DNA of 37,382 bases, from NCBI GenBank assembly GCA_050331735.1, contig JBHJGN010000038.1, forward strand, positions 1 through 37,382, given 5' to 3'. Made by a program: the position numbers and the translations under genes. Below are positions 26,480-37,243 of this stretch, one piece after another. The DNA is from Cyanophyceae cyanobacterium (lineage in GTDB: Bacteria > Cyanobacteriota > Cyanobacteriia > Cyanobacteriales > JBHJGN01). The stretch's first letter is position 1. Every line of letters begins with the position of its first letter. Under the pieces are notes generated by a model. That model was not told where the DNA came from. It did no database searches and saw nothing but the letters and a program-made list of their open reading frames with translations.

Positions 26480-29266
26480 ATGAATATTGAAGCCACCCAA
26501 GAAGGCCTGAGACTCGTTGAAGACCGCAACCGAATGCAGTATTGGAAACGGTGGGGTCCGTACGTGAGCGATCGCGCCTGGGGAACGGTCAGAGAGGACT
26601 ATAGCGCCGACGGCAACGCCTGGGCGTATTTTCCCCACGACCAGGCGCGCAGCCGCGCTTACCGCTGGGGAGAAGACGGCATTGCCGGAATTTGCGATAA
26701 TCATCAGCGGCTGTGTTTGGCGATCGCGCTCTGGAATGGAATCGATCCAATTTTAAAAGAACGCTTGTTTGGATTAACCAACACCGAAGGGAATCACGGC
26801 GAAGATGTCAAGGAGTACTATTTTTACCTCGACAATACGCCCACTCACTCGTACATGAAGTTTCTGTACAAATATCCGCAAGCGCCTTTTCCCTACACAG
26901 AGCTGGTGGCGGAAAACAAACGCCGCAAAGCCACTAACCCCCAGGCGCTAGAGTTTGAACTGCTCGATACCCGAGTATTTGAGGGCGATCGCTATTTTGA
27001 TGTGGTCGTTGAATATGCTAAGCACACCCCGGAAGACATCGTGATGCAGATCGCGGCCACCAATCGAGGACCAGAACGCCACACCCTCCACGTGCTGCCG
27101 ACCCTCTGGTTTCGCAATACCTGGTCGTGGGGATACGAGCAAAACCAGCCCTGGCTCAAAGAGGTTCAGGTTAACTCCCTAACGGCTATTGAAGCTTACT
27201 GTGCCGCCAAAGGCTTTGGGACTCGTTGGCTATACTGCGACAGTCCCCAGGAGCTCCTCTACACCAACAACGAAACGAACTTTACCGGATTGGCTGAGCG
27301 CTTCCCGGAGTTTGCCGGAGCTAACAATGCATCCCCTTATGTCAAAGACGGCATTAACGACTACATCATTCACGGTCGCCCAGCGGTTAACCCTAACCGC
27401 ACCGGAACCAAAGCCTGTGCCTCCTACCAGCTAGACTTGGCGCCGGGAGCAACGCAAACAGTGCGGCTCCGACTGAGCGATGCTCGATTAGCGGACCCGT
27501 TTGGAGAGGAATTTGCTCGCGTTTTGCAGACCCGCCAGCAAGAAGCCGATCAGTTTTATCAAGCCGTCACTCCGTCCCCTTTGTCCCCAGAACAGCAGCG
27601 GGTGCAGAGACAGGCCTTTGCTGGCTTACTCTGGACGAAGCAGTTTTATCACTACGTTGTCCAAGACTGGCTTCAGGGCGATCCGGCCACTCCCCCGCCG
27701 CCGATTCAAAGAAAGCAGGGCCGCAACCACCGCTGGACGCATTTGTTTAACGAAGATATTATTTCCATGCCCGATAAATGGGAATATCCCTGGTATGCGG
27801 CTTGGGACTTGGCCTTTCATACCGTTCCTCTGGCCCTCGTTGACCCGGACTTTGCTAAGCGTCAGCTCTACCTATTCACGCGGGAATGGTATATGCACCC
27901 CAACGGACAAATTCCCGCCTATGAATGGGCCTTTGGTGACGTTAATCCTCCTGTACATGCTTGGGCTGCATGGCAGGTATACGAGCTCGAGAGACAGGTC
28001 TACGGGCGAGGCGATCGCGCTTTTCTAGAAGAAGTGTTTCAAAAGCTCGCTCTCTATTTTACCTGGTGGGTCAATCGTAAAGACGCCGAGGGCAATAATC
28101 TATTTGAAGGTGGGTTTTTAGGACTCGATAACATCGGCGTTTTCGACCGCAGCCACTTAAATATTCCCGGTGCCACCATCGAACAGTCGGACGGCACAAG
28201 CTGGATGGGGATGTACTGCCTGAATCTGCTCAAGATGGCCGCAGAACTAGCCAAAGACGACCCGACAACAACTTATGAAGACATGGCTTCTAAGTTCTTT
28301 CAGCATTTTCTGCTGATTGCTGACTCTCTCAATCACAGGGGCAGTGAAGACATTAACATTTGGAACGAAGAAGAGCAGTTTTATTACGATATCCTTAGAG
28401 TCCCGAGAAATACCCTGCCAGGAGGAAACGAGCCATTTGCGTTCGCGATGAAGCTGCGGTCAATGGTGGGGCTGATTCCCCTGTTTGCCGTTGAAGCCAT
28501 CGATGGAGAAACGTTAAGTCAGTTTACCACTCCAGATTTTCAAGCTCGCTTTGACTGGTTTCTCAACAATCGTCCTGACCTCACCGAGCACGGCAATATT
28601 TCCCTAGGAACGGGCGATCGCCAAAATGATATCACTTTCGCGCTGGTTTCCCCGCAGAGATTACGAGCCCTGCTAACCAGAATGCTCGATGAAGCGGAGT
28701 TCCTCAGCCCTTACGGTATCCGCGCCCTCTCTAAAATCCATGCCCCTGACCAGCAGCCTTACCGAATGCCGTTTGCGGTTCAAACTGCTGCCTCCGACAG
28801 TCACGGCAATCGCATCTACGTCCAGCCCGAAGTATTTTATGAACCCGCCGAGTCTCAATTTGGTTTGTTTGGCGGTAACTCCAACTGGCGCGGTCCGGTG
28901 TGGTTTCCAGTCAATTACCTGCTCGTCGAATCGCTACGTAAGTTTCATCGCTATCTCGGCGATGACTTCAAAATTGAGTGCCCGACCGGTTCTGGAACGG
29001 AGATGACGCTGGCGGACGTTGCTGAGGAACTATCCAAGCGTCTGATCGACATTTTTCTTCCGGATTCGTCGGGGGGACGACCTGTTTATGGGGGGACTGA
29101 GCAATTCCGCACTCCTGACTGGCGCGAATTGATGCTGTTTTACGAATATTTTCACGGGGATAACGGTGCCGGAATCGGGGCTAGCCATCAAACGGGATGG
29201 ACAGGGATGGTTGCTAGTCTGATTTGGCAGAGACAAGCCGCCGGAACTTTAAACGGTCCTCACTAG
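26480..29266 (+). CDS. MGH1-like / GH63-family glycoside hydrolase (glucosidase)
   Basis: [76 protein letters not shown]. Confidence 0.9.
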   Translation: MNIEATQEGLRLVEDRNRMQYWKRWGPYVSDRAWGTVREDYSADGNAWAYFPHDQARSRAYRWGEDGIAGICDNHQRLCLAIALWNGIDPILKERLFGLTNTEGNHGEDVKEYYFYLDNTPTHSYMKFLYKYPQAPFPYTELVAENKRRKATNPQALEFELLDTRVFEGDRYFDVVVEYAKHTPEDIVMQIAATNRGPERHTLHVLPTLWFRNTWSWGYEQNQPWLKEVQVNSLTAIEAYCAAKGFGTRWLYCDSPQELLYTNNETNFTGLAERFPEFAGANNASPYVKDGINDYIIHGRPAVNPNRTGTKACASYQLDLAPGATQTVRLRLSDARLADPFGEEFARVLQTRQQEADQFYQAVTPSPLSPEQQRVQRQAFAGLLWTKQFYHYVVQDWLQGDPATPPPPIQRKQGRNHRWTHLFNEDIISMPDKWEYPWYAAWDLAFHTVPLALVDPDFAKRQLYLFTREWYMHPNGQIPAYEWAFGDVNPPVHAWAAWQVYELERQVYGRGDRAFLEEVFQKLALYFTWWVNRKDAEGNNLFEGGFLGLDNIGVFDRSHLNIPGATIEQSDGTSWMGMYCLNLLKMAAELAKDDPTTTYEDMASKFFQHFLLIADSLNHRGSEDINIWNEEEQFYYDILRVPRNTLPGGNEPFAFAMKLRSMVGLIPLFAVEAIDGETLSQFTTPDFQARFDWFLNNRPDLTEHGNISLGTGDRQNDITFALVSPQRLRALLTRMLDEAEFLSPYGIRALSKIHAPDQQPYRMPFAVQTAASDSHGNRIYVQPEVFYEPAESQFGLFGGNSNWRGPVWFPVNYLLVESLRKFHRYLGDDFKIECPTGSGTEMTLADVAEELSKRLIDIFLPDSSGGRPVYGGTEQFRTPDWRELMLFYEYFHGDNGAGIGASHQTGWTGMVASLIWQRQAAGTLNGPH

Positions 29267-29303
29267 GTTTAGCTTCAAAGGCAGCAGTAGCAGTTACTCT
29301 TAA

Positions 29304-29375
29304 TGGGCGATACAGGATTTGAACCTGTAGCATCCTGCTTGTAAGGCAGGCGCTCTACCGTTGAGCTAATCGCCC
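29304..29375 (-). tRNA. tRNA-Val(TAC)
   Basis: GGGCGATTAGCTCAACGGTAGAGCGCCTGCCTTACAAGCAGGATGCTACAGGTTCAAATCCTGTATCGCCCA folds as a cloverleaf with anticodon TAC. No encoded CCA. Confidence 0.96.
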
Positions 29376-29425
29376 GTTTATGATCCTTAATTAGACTAAC
29401 ACAATTATGACAAAAAAAGCACTCA

Positions 29426-29974
29426 ATGCCGTCCGGACGAACCCATGATCGCATTACCCTTTGGTGTCTCCCCTGGGTCGTGGGAGTCGCTTTCCTGCTG
29501 ACTCGCAGCGGAAATCTCACTCTTATCGTTGCCCTCGCTTTTCTGTTTAGCGGACTGATGTTTGGACCCGACCTGGATATTTATTCAGTTCAGTTTAAGC
29601 GCTGGGGCGTACTCCGCCTGATTTGGCTTCCCTATCAAAAACTGCTGTCTCATCGTTCGTTTCTTTCTCATGGTCTGATTATTGGTACAGTAGGACGACT
29701 GCTCTACCTAGGAGGAATAGCGCTTACCGTCGCGTTTGTGAGTTGTGCTCTGCTCAAGCTAGCCTGGAATATTAACTGGAACTGGCAACGGATGTTCCAG
29801 GCAGGCATAACGTTCATTCAAACCTATCCAGAAGAGGCGATCACGCTGTTCCTTGGGTTAGAGTTAGGGGCTGCCAGCCATAGCCTCAGCGATCGCCTGG
29901 GCTCTGCCTACAGGAGAAGGCAGAAACGAAAACGCCAAAAGCAAGGGGAAAGGGGGAAGGGGAAAAATAAATAA
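29426..29974 (+). CDS. DUF2227 family membrane metal-binding protein
   Basis: MPSGRTHDRIT, GPDLD, HRSFLSHG, HSLSD. Confidence 0.85.
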   Translation: MPSGRTHDRITLWCLPWVVGVAFLLTRSGNLTLIVALAFLFSGLMFGPDLDIYSVQFKRWGVLRLIWLPYQKLLSHRSFLSHGLIIGTVGRLLYLGGIALTVAFVSCALLKLAWNINWNWQRMFQAGITFIQTYPEEAITLFLGLELGAASHSLSDRLGSAYRRRQKRKRQKQGERGKGKNK

Positions 29975-30127
29975 GCTGACATCTGCACCTTTTGCCTGAT
30001 GTGATCGTTAAAACTCAACTACCATTAGGGCTCAAACAGCATGGCTATCATAAAACGGGTGATTGTTGACTTTGCCAGAAAGCAAATTTTAGTGAAGAAT
30101 AATTAAGTAGGCTTTATATTCTTTTCT

Positions 30128-30946
30128 ATGTCGTCTTCCCAGCCGAAAACGGACCAAGCCATCCTCAAGGCTTTAGCCGCTCTTATCGATGTGGTAGCAC
30201 AACTGCGATCGCCAGAGGGAGGCTGTCCCTGGGATTTGGCACAAACGCCGCAAACGCTCATTCCCTTTGTTATTGAAGAAGCCTATGAAGTGGTAGATGC
30301 CATTCAAAGCGAAGACCAACAGGCGATCACGGAAGAGCTAGGAGATCTACTCCTCCAGGTAGTTCTGCAAGCTCAGATCGCTAGCGAAGATGAAAATTTT
30401 GATTTAGAAGATGTCGCACAAGGAATTACCCAAAAGCTGATCCGCCGTCATCCGCACGTCTTCAGCGACGGAGAGGCGCAAACGGTAGAAGAAGTTCATC
30501 AGCACTGGGAGCAGATTAAAGAGACAGAGAAGGGAGCTGAAGGGCAGCCGCTTAGCCACAAGCTGAGGCGCTATGCTCGTTCGCTCCCGCCGCTGATGGC
30601 TGGCACTAAAATTTCTCAAAAGGCGGCGACGGCTGGCTTTGAATGGCCTAATGTAGATGGAGTTTGGGAAAAATTTTATGAAGAGCTAGCAGAATTTAAA
30701 GAGGCTCTTCAAAACGAATCTAAAACCAATCAGCAAGCAGAATTGGGAGATCTGTTATTTACTCTGATTAACATTGCCCGCTGGTATCAGCTCGACTGTT
30801 CAGCAGCGCTACAGGGAACCAATCGGCGCTTTGTTACTCGCCTAGAGAAAATGGAGGCGGTGGCCGAACGCCCGCTAACAGAACATACCCTAGATGAATT
30901 AGAAGCCCTCTGGCAACAGGCCAAAATTCAGCTTTCTCAATCTTAA
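30128..30946 (+). CDS. mazG: Nucleoside triphosphate pyrophosphohydrolase MazG
   Basis: GCPWD.AQT, EEAYEV, EELGDLL, RRHPHVF, second ELGDLLF. Confidence 0.95.
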   Translation: MSSSQPKTDQAILKALAALIDVVAQLRSPEGGCPWDLAQTPQTLIPFVIEEAYEVVDAIQSEDQQAITEELGDLLLQVVLQAQIASEDENFDLEDVAQGITQKLIRRHPHVFSDGEAQTVEEVHQHWEQIKETEKGAEGQPLSHKLRRYARSLPPLMAGTKISQKAATAGFEWPNVDGVWEKFYEELAEFKEALQNESKTNQQAELGDLLFTLINIARWYQLDCSAALQGTNRRFVTRLEKMEAVAERPLTEHTLDELEALWQQAKIQLSQS

Positions 30947-30982
30947 AACAGCGCTCCTGAAAAGAGTTTTTTTACACAAAGT

Positions 30983-31579
30983 ATGATTAAAGACAACGAC
31001 TTGACGCCATCCCATCAAAACCAACCCGAGCAAGAGCAAGCTCAGTCCCCGAACTGGTGGCGGCAGATCTGGGAAAATTTGCAAATTGTGGTGGTGGCGC
31101 TGGCGATCGCGTTTCTAATTCGGGCTTTTATCGCTGAACCTCGCTACATTCCCTCCGATTCTATGCTGCCGACTCTGGAAGTCGGTGATCGCCTAGTGGT
31201 CGAAAAAGTCTCTTATTATTTCCAGGCTCCCCAACCCGGTGATATCGTCGTATTTTCTCCCCCGCCGCAGCTACAGATGCAGGGGTACGAGCCATCCCAG
31301 GCATTCATCAAACGAGTCATTGGAACCCCCGGAGACATCGTTATGGTTCTTAATGGCACCGTTTACGTTAATAATTTGCCGATTAGCGAAAATTACATCT
31401 ACGACCTGCCGCAATACACCCTAGAGCCTCTTCAGGTTCCAGACGGACAAGTATTTGTGATGGGAGATAACCGGAACAATAGCAATGACTCGCATATTTG
31501 GGGATTTTTACCGCAGGAAAATATTATTGGTCAGGCGGTCTGGCGCTTTTGGCCCCTATCGCGGGTGGGAAAAGTTTAG
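30983..31579 (+). CDS. lepB: Signal peptidase I
   Basis: IPSDSMLPTL, FIKRVIG, MGDNRNNSNDS. Confidence 0.95.
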   Translation: MIKDNDLTPSHQNQPEQEQAQSPNWWRQIWENLQIVVVALAIAFLIRAFIAEPRYIPSDSMLPTLEVGDRLVVEKVSYYFQAPQPGDIVVFSPPPQLQMQGYEPSQAFIKRVIGTPGDIVMVLNGTVYVNNLPISENYIYDLPQYTLEPLQVPDGQVFVMGDNRNNSNDSHIWGFLPQENIIGQAVWRFWPLSRVGKV

Positions 31580-31724
31580 CATTACCAGTTCCTCTGGGAC
31601 GGGGAAAGGGAAAAGGATTGGCACAATAATGAACTATTAACGATACACCAGAATGTGAATTAAACCCGATTCTTTTGAGAACTGCTATAGTATCTCTGGA
31701 AGTTGTTGGCTTGCTGGTGGATTG

Positions 31725-32300
31725 ATGTCTCATCAAAAAGTGTATGTCTTTCGTCATGGAGAGACAGAGTGGAGTTTGAAAAGTCGCCACACTGGAGTAA
31801 CGGATCTACCGCTGACGGAAAAGGGCCGAGAGAAGGCGAAGTTGATCCAGCCCTTGCTGGCTAAACAAACTTTGGCTCTTGTGCTAACCAGTCCTTTACA
31901 ACGAGCGCGGCAAACGTGCGAATTGGCTGGCGTGGGCGAGCAAGCTGAGGTAGATACGGATCTAGTAGAGTGGAACTACGGTGACTATGAAGGATTAACT
32001 ACCGAGCAAATCCACGCACAAAATCCAGGTTGGTTCGTGTTCGATTCAGGCAGTCCAGGAGGCGAAACTCCAGAAGAGGTTGGGAAACGAGTCGATCGGG
32101 CGATCACTAAAATTCGAGCCGCTGACGGCGACGTGGCGCTCTTTGCGCACGGTCATCTGCTGCGGGTGCTGGTAGCACGCTGGCTTGGGCTGTCTGCGAG
32201 CGCTGGACGTCACTTTGATCTAGATACAGCAACTCTCAACATTCTAGGCTACTATCACGCTGTCTCTGCTATTTTGACCTGGAATGCTCCACTTTGCTGA
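31725..32300 (+). CDS. Histidine phosphatase family protein
   Basis: RHGETEWS, SPLQRARQT, EWNYGDYEG, AHGH. Confidence 0.92.
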   Translation: MSHQKVYVFRHGETEWSLKSRHTGVTDLPLTEKGREKAKLIQPLLAKQTLALVLTSPLQRARQTCELAGVGEQAEVDTDLVEWNYGDYEGLTTEQIHAQNPGWFVFDSGSPGGETPEEVGKRVDRAITKIRAADGDVALFAHGHLLRVLVARWLGLSASAGRHFDLDTATLNILGYYHAVSAILTWNAPLC

Positions 32301-32344
32301 CTGAGTGCTCAGCAGCCAGCGATGAGATACTCATTCAATTTCTC

Positions 32345-32440
32345 GTCGGAGTCTTTTCCTTTCCAAACAATACAAGAACCGTCGCAGTTTGATAGCCCAC
32401 GCGCTTCAGCCGTGGGTGGAAAAACAGAAAGGACTTCGAC
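32345..32440. mobile_element. Orphan IS200/IS605-like end hairpin within an outer inverted repeat
   Basis: CGTCGCAGTTTGATAGCCCACGCGCTTCAGCCGTGGGTGGAAAA, flanked by GTCGGAGTCTTTTC / GAAAGGACTTCGAC. Confidence 0.5.
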
Positions 32441-32537
32441 CCCAAACGATCTTTAACTAAAACTAAATTATGGGTCACGGTTAAATAAACTAGTTAGTAC
32501 AAAGATTAAGGCTTTGACGCTAGCTCCTGTCAGTAGC

Positions 32538-33194
32538 ATGACCGACTTATCCACCCAAGCTTCTCTGTGGCTGCAATTGTTGCAGCAATACCGGGCGATC
32601 GCCGTGATTCGTTCTCCTCAACTTCAGCTAGGGTTGGCGCTGGCGAAGGCGGTGGCAACTGGAGGCATCCGAATCATCGAAATTACCTGGAATAGCTCCC
32701 AGCCTGGAACTTTAATTAAGCGGCTTAAAACTGAATTACCAGAATGCACGATTGGAACTGGCACCATTCTCACGGTTGAGCAGCTACATAGTGCTGTCGA
32801 TGCAGGAGTGCAGTTTCTATTTTCCCCTCACGTTAACCAAAGCCTGATTGAAGCTGCCGTTACTGCAGAAGTCCCCATCGTACCAGGAGCCTTAACTCCT
32901 ACTGAAATTATCTCGGCTTGGCAAGCTGGCGCTAGCTGCGTGAAGGTGTTTCCCGTTGGGACAGTTGGGGGTGCTAACTACATTAAAAGCTTGCAGGGCC
33001 CCCTCGGGCAGATTCCCCTCATTCCTACAGGCGGCGTGACTCTAGAAAATGCCCGACAGTTTATCGATGCCGGAGCGCTCGCCGTTGGGCTTTCGAGTCA
33101 GCTATTTCCGGCTGAGTTGATCGAGAAACAGGATTGGCAGGCGATCGCCCAAAGAGCCAAAACACTGTGCGAACAGTTTCAAAAAATAAAATAA
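32538..33194 (+). CDS. eda: KDPG/KHG aldolase
   Basis: IAVIR, IEITW, GTGT, PGALTPTEI, VKVFP, IPTGGV. Confidence 0.92.
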   Translation: MTDLSTQASLWLQLLQQYRAIAVIRSPQLQLGLALAKAVATGGIRIIEITWNSSQPGTLIKRLKTELPECTIGTGTILTVEQLHSAVDAGVQFLFSPHVNQSLIEAAVTAEVPIVPGALTPTEIISAWQAGASCVKVFPVGTVGGANYIKSLQGPLGQIPLIPTGGVTLENARQFIDAGALAVGLSSQLFPAELIEKQDWQAIAQRAKTLCEQFQKIK

Positions 33195-33259
33195 GAGTAA
33201 AAACAAGCAAGCAGCGATACCAGGTTGATTAGCAATTAAATATCTCAGGAGAAAGCGGA

Positions 33260-33459
33260 ATGAAATGGCGTGTGGTTCTTGAAGTAGATTTGGAAACGGG
33301 AGATTGGCGGTTTGGTGTCCAGAGTTACCTGGTTGCGTTTCAGCGGGAGCAAACGAAGAAGCTTTAGAAAGCATTCGTGAAGCAATTGCTCTTTATCTAG
33401 AACCTGACCCAATTAAATTAAAATCAGGCGCGGTTTTACGAGAGGTATCAGTGGAATGA
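33260..33459 (+). pseudogene. hicB: HicB-like antitoxin, frameshifted
   Basis: MKWRVVLEVDLETGDW, a 1-nt loss near 33307, then VWCPELPGCVSAGANEEALESIREAIALYLE...VSVE*. ATGA overlap with hicA. Confidence 0.8.
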
Positions 33460-33650
33460 CTCGTATTCGGCGCACGAATGCAGGGGATGTAGAACACATT
33501 TTAGCGCGATATGGGTTTGAGTTAGTGTCCCAAGAAGGAAGTCATCGGAAGTGGCGAAACTTAGAAAGTCAACTTCAGGTAGGCCTAGACCTAGGGAAGC
33601 TGTTGTTTAGTGACAACTCGCCCAAAAGCATTAATATAGAAGCGTTCTAG
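33456..33650 (+). pseudogene. hicA: HicA-like toxin, apparently 3'-truncated
   Basis: LARYGFELVSQEGSHRKW (GSH motif). Similarity is lost after LQV near 33581; no VPxH...GTL helix. Confidence 0.7.
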
Positions 33651-33974
33651 CCTCAGTAATTTAAGAATTTGATCGCTCGTGAACAGTCCGTTGTCAACGA
33701 GTTTGAGAATCTCAAAAACGAAAGAATCAGGCTTTTAGCTTCATACTAATTAGAAAAAGTAATAGGAGACTTGATGAGTTGGGGGAAAGGGAAGCACAGC
33801 AGCTCTTTGCCCTTGAACCTCCAATGTTTGGTTAGTTTAAGGAACTATCTGACTACTTTCGGTAAATGGTATCAGATCGTTGACGGCCCTACTGAGTTGG
33901 CACTCAATGCCACGAACTCTAAATCTACGCCTAGAGTCTTGTTCCTGCTTGCCTGTTGCTAGCAACAATTATGC

Positions 33975-34337
33975 CTAATCAGTTAATCGCCAGTTCCCGG
34001 CATGATCGCACCAGCGTAACCAATCACCACTTACCCCGGCAAACTCTCCTGACCAAATTCCTAGGCCAATTTTTAAGTCAGCGAACCAAGCAAGCGGGTT
34101 TTCTGAGTTGAGGGGTTGCTCCTGATACTGTCCTCCATCGAACTTGAAGTAGCGCAACTGCTGCGGTGTACGGCTATAAACTAGGTAGTAAGGAATCCGC
34201 AAATAGCGCTCGTACACCTCTAGCTTAGCTGGAGGTTTGGCATGTACTGAGCCATTCGGACCATCCCCTGAAGTCGCTGATTCCGTTCCTTGAGGCGGAT
34301 CGACCTGTTCGAGAGGTTTATAGTTAATAGGAGCCAT
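33975..34337 (-). pseudogene. Uma2 (DUF820) endonuclease remnant with internal deletion
   Basis: GGAGG RBS then MAPINYK...VDPP joined almost directly to PPAKLEVYERYLRIPYYLVY...GLGIWSG...WLRWCD..GNW. The PD-(D/E)xK core is missing and the stop is early. Confidence 0.7.
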
Positions 34338-34365
34338 TGCCAACCTCCGCTTCCAGTTAAATTTC

Positions 34366-37002
34366 CTATGCTGCCTCACTGTGGAACTGAACTTGTTTGA
34401 GTTCCAATTCTCGCTCAAAGATTTCATCAATGGGCAGCATTTGACCGTCAGTGGTCATCAGTTTGTGGTCTTTAGTGGCTCGAATCGTTGTGCCATTATC
34501 TAGGGCATACTCAAACACTTCTTGCTGTCCGCGACGATGCCACTGGGCGATCGCCTGGGTATAAACAAACCCGTTGCGGTCTACGCTATAAACGTGACAG
34601 TGAATGTTTTCCTCTACAATTTTGCCAATCGGCAGCGGACCATACTCGACCGTCAGCACCTCCGTATCGTAGCTCAAGCAGTATTCAGCAAACTTAACCA
34701 TTTGCTCGAATAAATCCTCGGCAATGTGGCGATTCACCCCGTTTTTAGTGGCGCCGTCAATGAAGATCTCCCGATGCTTCTGCATCTCGGCAATTTTCTT
34801 TTTACCCATCGCCCGACGCAGTAAATCCGCTTCTCCCAAAGAATAGCCCGCTAAATCCTGAGCCATCTTCATAATTTGCTCTTGGTACACTAAAACCGCG
34901 TAGGTTTCTTTGAGAATTGGCTCTAGAAGAGTATGCTGATACTGAATGGGCTCTCGACCGTGTTTGCGGTTAATAAATAGCGGAATCAGCCCTGCATCCA
35001 GCGGTCCTGGGCGATAAAGAGCTAAAATTGCCGAAATATCTTCGATACCGGATGGTTTTAAATCTTTTACAATTTGCCGCATCCCGGAAGACTCAAGCTG
35101 AAAAATTCCTTCTAAATCGCCAGCTTCTAGCAGTTTGTGAGTGGTTTGAATATCCTGGGGCAGTTTTTTAGCGGTTCCTTTTGCCAAAATCTGGAGCGCT
35201 TTGCGTTCGTCGAGAGGAAGCTGGTCCAAATCTAGCTCCACGCCCTGATTCTGCTTGATCAACTCCGCCGTTCTCTGAATCGTCGTGAGGTTCTTCAAGC
35301 CGAGGAAATCCATCTTCAGCAGACCCAGCGATTCCAAATCTTCCATGAAATACTGGGTAATGACCGCGCCATCGTTATTTTTCTGCAACGGAACCACTTC
35401 ATCTAGCGGCTGCGACGAAATCACGACTCCGGCTGCGTGAACGCCAAAGGTTTTGTTCGTTCCCTCAATGCGAATGGCCATATCAACCCAGCGACGCACC
35501 TGCGGATCGCTTTGGTAGCGTTGCCTAAACTCTGGTGCGGGAGTTTGGTCGCTGATCATCACCTTCAGCTTCGCTGGCTTTCCTCTGACAACGGGGATTA
35601 GCTTCGCCATTTGGTCCGATTCGGCATAGGGAATATTCAACACCCGCGCCACGTCTTTTAGCACCGCCTTAGAGGTCATGCGGTTAAAGGTAATAATTTG
35701 AGCAACGTTGCCTTCTCCGTACTTCTCGGTGACGTACTTAATCATCTCGTCCCGGCGTTCGATGCAGAAATCGGTATCAACATCCGGCATCGATTTGCGT
35801 TCGGGGTTGAGGAAGCGCTCAAACAGCAGTCCGTGATGAACGGGGTCGATGTTGGTGATTTTAAGGGCATAGGCCACTAAAGAACCGGCGGCACTCCCGC
35901 GACCCGGTCCTACAGGAATCCCATTGTCTCTGGCATACTTAATGTAGTCCCACACCACCAGAAAGTAGGTAGAAAACCCCATCTGCTGCATCATTTTCAG
36001 CTCGTATTCCAGCCGCTGACGATAGTCGGGGTCGATTTCTGCAAAAGTTCGGCACTTGAGGCGTTCTGCTAGTCCTCGCCAGGTGACTTCTTCTAGGTAG
36101 GTATCAGCGTTGTGTCCAGCCGGAACGGGATAGTCGGGAATGCGCGGTTCTCCGAGAACCTTGTACGGCTCTACTTTGTCGGCGACGGCTAGGGTATTGG
36201 CGATCGCCTCTTCAATAAGATCTTCGGGTAAATGATCCTGAAACAGCCGCCGCATCTCATCGGCGGATTTGAGATATTCTGTGCCGCTATAGCGCAGGCG
36301 TTTATCCTCGGTAATTAATTTACCCGTCTGAATGCATAATAGAGCATCGTGGGCTTCAACATCGTAGCAGGAGATGAAGTGAGAGTCGTTGGTCGCTACA
36401 ATTTTGATGTCAAACTGCTGCGCAATTTTGACAATCTCCACATTAACCATGCGGTCTTCTGGAGAACCGTGATCCTGAATTTCTAGGTAGAAGTCATCCC
36501 CAAATAAGTCTTTATACCACTTAGCCACCTTTCTCGCTTCTTGGTAATCTCCAGCGAGAATCCGCTGGGGAATTTCGCCACCGAGACAGGCACTGGTGAC
36601 GATCAGCCCTTCATGATACTGCTGGAGCAGTTCTTTGTTGACACAGGGACGAGAAAAAATGCCTTTCCCCTGCATCCCTTTGAGGTGGGAGAGTGTGGTC
36701 AGCTTGACTAAGTTCTTATACCCTTGGGTATTTTTTGCCAATACCACCTGATGAAAGCGTTTGTAGCGTTTCTTGACCTCGATATCTCCATTGATGACGT
36801 ACATCTCGTTGCCGATAATCGGCTTGATGCCTTTGTTGCGGCACATCTTAATTAGTTCAATCGCACCGTACATGACGCCGTGATCGGTCAGGGCGATCGC
36901 CGGCATGCCTAGCTCAACGGCGCGGTCAATCAGCGCTGGAATCTGAGAAGCACCATCCAGCAGGCTGTAGTCGCTATGAATATGAAGACCAACAAAGGAC
37001 AT
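34366..37002 (-). CDS. dnaE: DNA polymerase III alpha subunit, N-terminal half of split DnaE, fused to the N-intein
   Basis: [14 protein letters not shown] domain, [18 protein letters not shown]. Ends at [11 protein letters not shown]..., with the C-terminal DnaE domains absent. Confidence 0.97.
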   Translation of the reverse strand: MSFVGLHIHSDYSLLDGASQIPALIDRAVELGMPAIALTDHGVMYGAIELIKMCRNKGIKPIIGNEMYVINGDIEVKKRYKRFHQVVLAKNTQGYKNLVKLTTLSHLKGMQGKGIFSRPCVNKELLQQYHEGLIVTSACLGGEIPQRILAGDYQEARKVAKWYKDLFGDDFYLEIQDHGSPEDRMVNVEIVKIAQQFDIKIVATNDSHFISCYDVEAHDALLCIQTGKLITEDKRLRYSGTEYLKSADEMRRLFQDHLPEDLIEEAIANTLAVADKVEPYKVLGEPRIPDYPVPAGHNADTYLEEVTWRGLAERLKCRTFAEIDPDYRQRLEYELKMMQQMGFSTYFLVVWDYIKYARDNGIPVGPGRGSAAGSLVAYALKITNIDPVHHGLLFERFLNPERKSMPDVDTDFCIERRDEMIKYVTEKYGEGNVAQIITFNRMTSKAVLKDVARVLNIPYAESDQMAKLIPVVRGKPAKLKVMISDQTPAPEFRQRYQSDPQVRRWVDMAIRIEGTNKTFGVHAAGVVISSQPLDEVVPLQKNNDGAVITQYFMEDLESLGLLKMDFLGLKNLTTIQRTAELIKQNQGVELDLDQLPLDERKALQILAKGTAKKLPQDIQTTHKLLEAGDLEGIFQLESSGMRQIVKDLKPSGIEDISAILALYRPGPLDAGLIPLFINRKHGREPIQYQHTLLEPILKETYAVLVYQEQIMKMAQDLAGYSLGEADLLRRAMGKKKIAEMQKHREIFIDGATKNGVNRHIAEDLFEQMVKFAEYCLSYDTEVLTVEYGPLPIGKIVEENIHCHVYSVDRNGFVYTQAIAQWHRRGQQEVFEYALDNGTTIRATKDHKLMTTDGQMLPIDEIFERELELKQVQFHSEAA
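34369..34680 (-). other. DnaE split intein, N-fragment (104 aa)
   Basis: [14 protein letters not shown]...AQWH.RG.QEVFEY...[27 protein letters not shown], with block A Cys1 and block B TxxH. Confidence 0.96.
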
Positions 37003-37243
37003 AATCGATGAGGGGTAGCCAATGGAGAATCGGTAATCAATTGTAGCGAGTGATGAGGGAATACAGCGAGATCCAGAAATAAAAAGTTTTTGCTACAAAA
37101 AATTAGAAGCCGTTTCTAAAACTAGAGCCAAAAAACAAGTGCCGCCAACTTAGTGTGATCGCTTCCTCTGATAGTCCTGGTATTGTTTTTCCTTCACCTC
37201 AAAATATTTATCTACCGTTGTCTTCGCTTTGATCGCCTGCTGA

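Noticed and set aside
29275..29520. Minus-strand 81-aa ORF, and tRNA-Val as an integration site
   Set aside because: The ORF overlaps the tRNA and the DUF2227 gene. No integrase or duplicated tRNA 3' end is seen in the window.
1341..35880. Many short ORF-track entries overlapping larger genes (e.g. 1341-1643, 5419-5829, 11642-11953, 23486-24019, 27501-28028)
   Set aside because: Antisense or alternate-frame shadows of well-supported genes, with no recognisable motifs.
777..36901. Very frequent GCGATCGC octamers (e.g. 777-784, 3213-3220, 22772-22779)
   Set aside because: This is HIP1, a well-known cyanobacterial genome signature. Useful for taxonomy but not novel.
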